A stretch of DNA of 64,000 nt, taken from contig CM119264.1 of assembly GCA_051294375.1 (NCBI GenBank), positions 28,500,696-28,564,695 on the forward strand. Direction: 5' to 3'. The translations under genes and the position numbers were made by a program. Positions 61,884 through 64,000 of the stretch are shown one piece after another; positions within the stretch are counted from its first letter, which is position 1, and each line of letters begins with the position of its first letter. The notes beneath the pieces were generated by a model, which saw only the letters and a program-made list of their open reading frames with translations, was not told the origin of the DNA and did not search any database. The stretch is from Paraspadella gotoi (taxonomy: Eukaryota; Animalia; Chaetognatha).

Positions 61884-64000
61884 TCAGTACAACTTCATCG
61901 GCGTGATTCCGATCACCTCCTCCATTTCCGTCTCCGTGAGTTCGGGAATCTCTTCCACCTCCTCCGTCGTGTCCGAGTAGAAGTCGTAGTTGAAGATGAC
62001 GTTCTTGTCCATTTCGCGCCAATTCTCGCGTTTCGTCCGCAGATGGCGCCAGAGCGACGACCAGGTGGGAATGCTGCGGAAAAGAGAAATTACGGAGATC
62101 TTTCCACAACAGACCTACCTCTCTGTCTCTCTCACTCTCTCACTCTCTCTCACACAAACTGTATACAACCTGGGCGTCGCTTTTGCCGAAAATATTTGGT
62201 GGGGAAAATAACCCCCGTTTTTGCTGTTGTTGTTGTTGTCCTCCCGCTCGCATTTTCCCTCCCCTTCCTTTCTCATCGGCGACGCGCAGGGCGTCGAGGA
62301 GAACTTGGGACTCTCCGACGCCACCGACGAAACCGTCGCGAAGTGATGCTCCAAATCCCACTTCTCTTGCTGCAACTCGGCGATTCTCTGCTGAGAGAAG
62401 ACGACGAATCAACCTCTTTGTCCAAAACTGTCAAGTTTCACGAAATGGAAAAGCGTTTCTCTCGCCTGAACCAAAGCGTTGTTTTCCCTCATGAGTTCCT
62501 CCGTCGAAACTTCCAAATCTCCCTGTTGACGAAAGAGTTGTCTCTGGGCGACGACCTCTTCCTCCAAATCCTCCACCAGAAAACTATTCATGACGCGCGA
62601 CTTGAGGTTTCGATCGCTCAATCGCGTCAGTCCCAGATGCGCCAAACTCAGGACCTCGCCCCCGTGTCCGTCGCTGAGGAGGTGCTTGAGATGCTCCTCC
62701 AGTCGTCGACTAAAGTCCCTCTCCGCTTGTAACTGCTCTTTCAACACCTTCACCGCGTTCTGGTATTTTCTCGCCGTCTCGAGACCGCGGCCCTGATGCT
62801 GCTGCTGTGGATGCGATTGCTGCAGCCACGGCAGCCGCTCCGAGCAACCCTTCTGCAGACCCTCCAAGATGTCCACCTTGTCGAGGAGTTTTCGAACGAC
62901 GTCCTCGACGACGAGGAATCTGGCGTCGTCGGCGTCGCGGTGGACGATCTCCTCCCGCGCCCTCAACGCCTCGTTCTCCGCTCGAAAAGCCTTCTGCTCT
63001 TTAGTCAGCGCCCTCAGTCGAGCCTCGATCGACGTCCCTCGTTTGTTCTCCTCTTTCCTCTCCTCCCTCAACAAGTGTATCTCCTGCATGAGCAACCCCA
63101 TCTCTTTTATCAACTGCTCGTTGTTCTCCAAGAGTTCCGAGGCTCCCTCTTCGTTCTTCTCGTTGACCTCCTTCAAAAAAGCCACCTGTTTCTCCAGATG
63201 TTCTCTCTCTTCGCTAGAAAACTCCAACTCGTCTTCCTTGACCCTCAACTCTCTCCGCAAGGCGGACATCGTCGCCGAGGTCTCCTCCTTCTCCTTCTCC
63301 AGCTGGCAGAGTTCGTTCTCCAGCCGAAGACTCGACTCTTTCATCTTGGCCACGAGGTTGACGAGCTTCTCGTTCCTCTGCGCCCTCTTCGCGCTCTTTC
63401 CCTTCATCTCCGCCAAGAGCCTCTTGCGGATCTCCTCTTCCCACTCGAGGTCGTTCTCTTCCAATCGCTCCTTCAGCGTCAGTTCAAAATCCGACTTGAG
63501 TCTCGCCGTCTCTTCGTTGTTGCGCTCCTCCATTTCCTTGGCGGGGGGGGGAGAATTGGATTTGAGGTCGTTTACAAATCCACATCGTTTTGTGTTCGTT
63601 GATTTAACCACACCTGAATCGTCTTTAAAAATTCTTTTCTTTCTTTCCCATTTTTCTCTTTTAAAAGTTCGATCTTTACCCTGAGCTCCTCGCAAGTTCC
63701 TTTCGAGCTTTTTTCGATTTCATTTCTACGGAGAAAGAATCATCCATACAAAATTTGTTAAATGCAATCTAATTTTCACCTGTTAAAAATCTGAATATAT
63801 ATATATTTTTAAAGTATGCAATTAAAAAATTGTTCAAAACTTAAAGACCTTAGCATTCTTTTCTCGTCCTCGTGCGCGGTTTGTAATTTGCCGATACTGA
63901 CTTCGAGAATGTTGAGCTGTCTTTTACTTTCTTCTTGCAAAAGGACTCTTTCTCTCTTCAAGTCTTGTATCTCTTCCACCAGCTTTTGCTTTTCTTCCTC
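61884..64000 (-). CDS. Antisense coiled-coil protein gene (3' part) inside DNAJC13 intron 24
   Basis: Minus-strand exons >64000-63849, 63725-63680, 63536-62466, 62390-62170 and 62073-61884 join in phase. E/K/L/R-rich heptad sequence; C-terminus SIPTWSSLWRHLRTKRENWREMDKNVIFNYDFYSDTTEEVEEIPELTETEMEEVIGITPMKLY*. Confidence 0.8.

Noticed and set aside
61818-63684. Long + strand ORFs (304, 268 and 271 aa)
   Set aside because: Antisense shadows of the E/K-rich coiled-coil gene; Leu/Ser-rich with no DNAJC13 similarity.

Overview
This is eukaryotic (animal-like) genomic DNA from a draft assembly with nine N gaps; the organism cannot be named from the sequence alone. It has two compartments. 1-43.4 kb is gene-poor and rich in microsatellites, with one partial gene at the left edge. 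It also has three tandem duplications that each abut an exactly 25-N gap (probable gap-filling artefacts), a long hairpin, minisatellites and a tRNA-like SINE head. 43.7-64 kb is very compact, with five co-oriented + strand genes: an orphan acidic single-TM protein, intronless TAK1/MAP3K7, intronless LRR1, CNDP2 (starting only 60 bp after the LRR1 stop) and the 5' part of DNAJC13/RME-8 (24 exons traced). DNAJC13 carries two spliced antisense genes nested in its introns. The most notable points are the operon-like LRR1-CNDP2 junction, a high share of GC-AG introns (5 of 41 traced, all AG|GCGAG) and the nested orphan genes. Gene identities come from recalled similarity to vertebrate orthologues and exon models from manual splice tracing; no searches were run.
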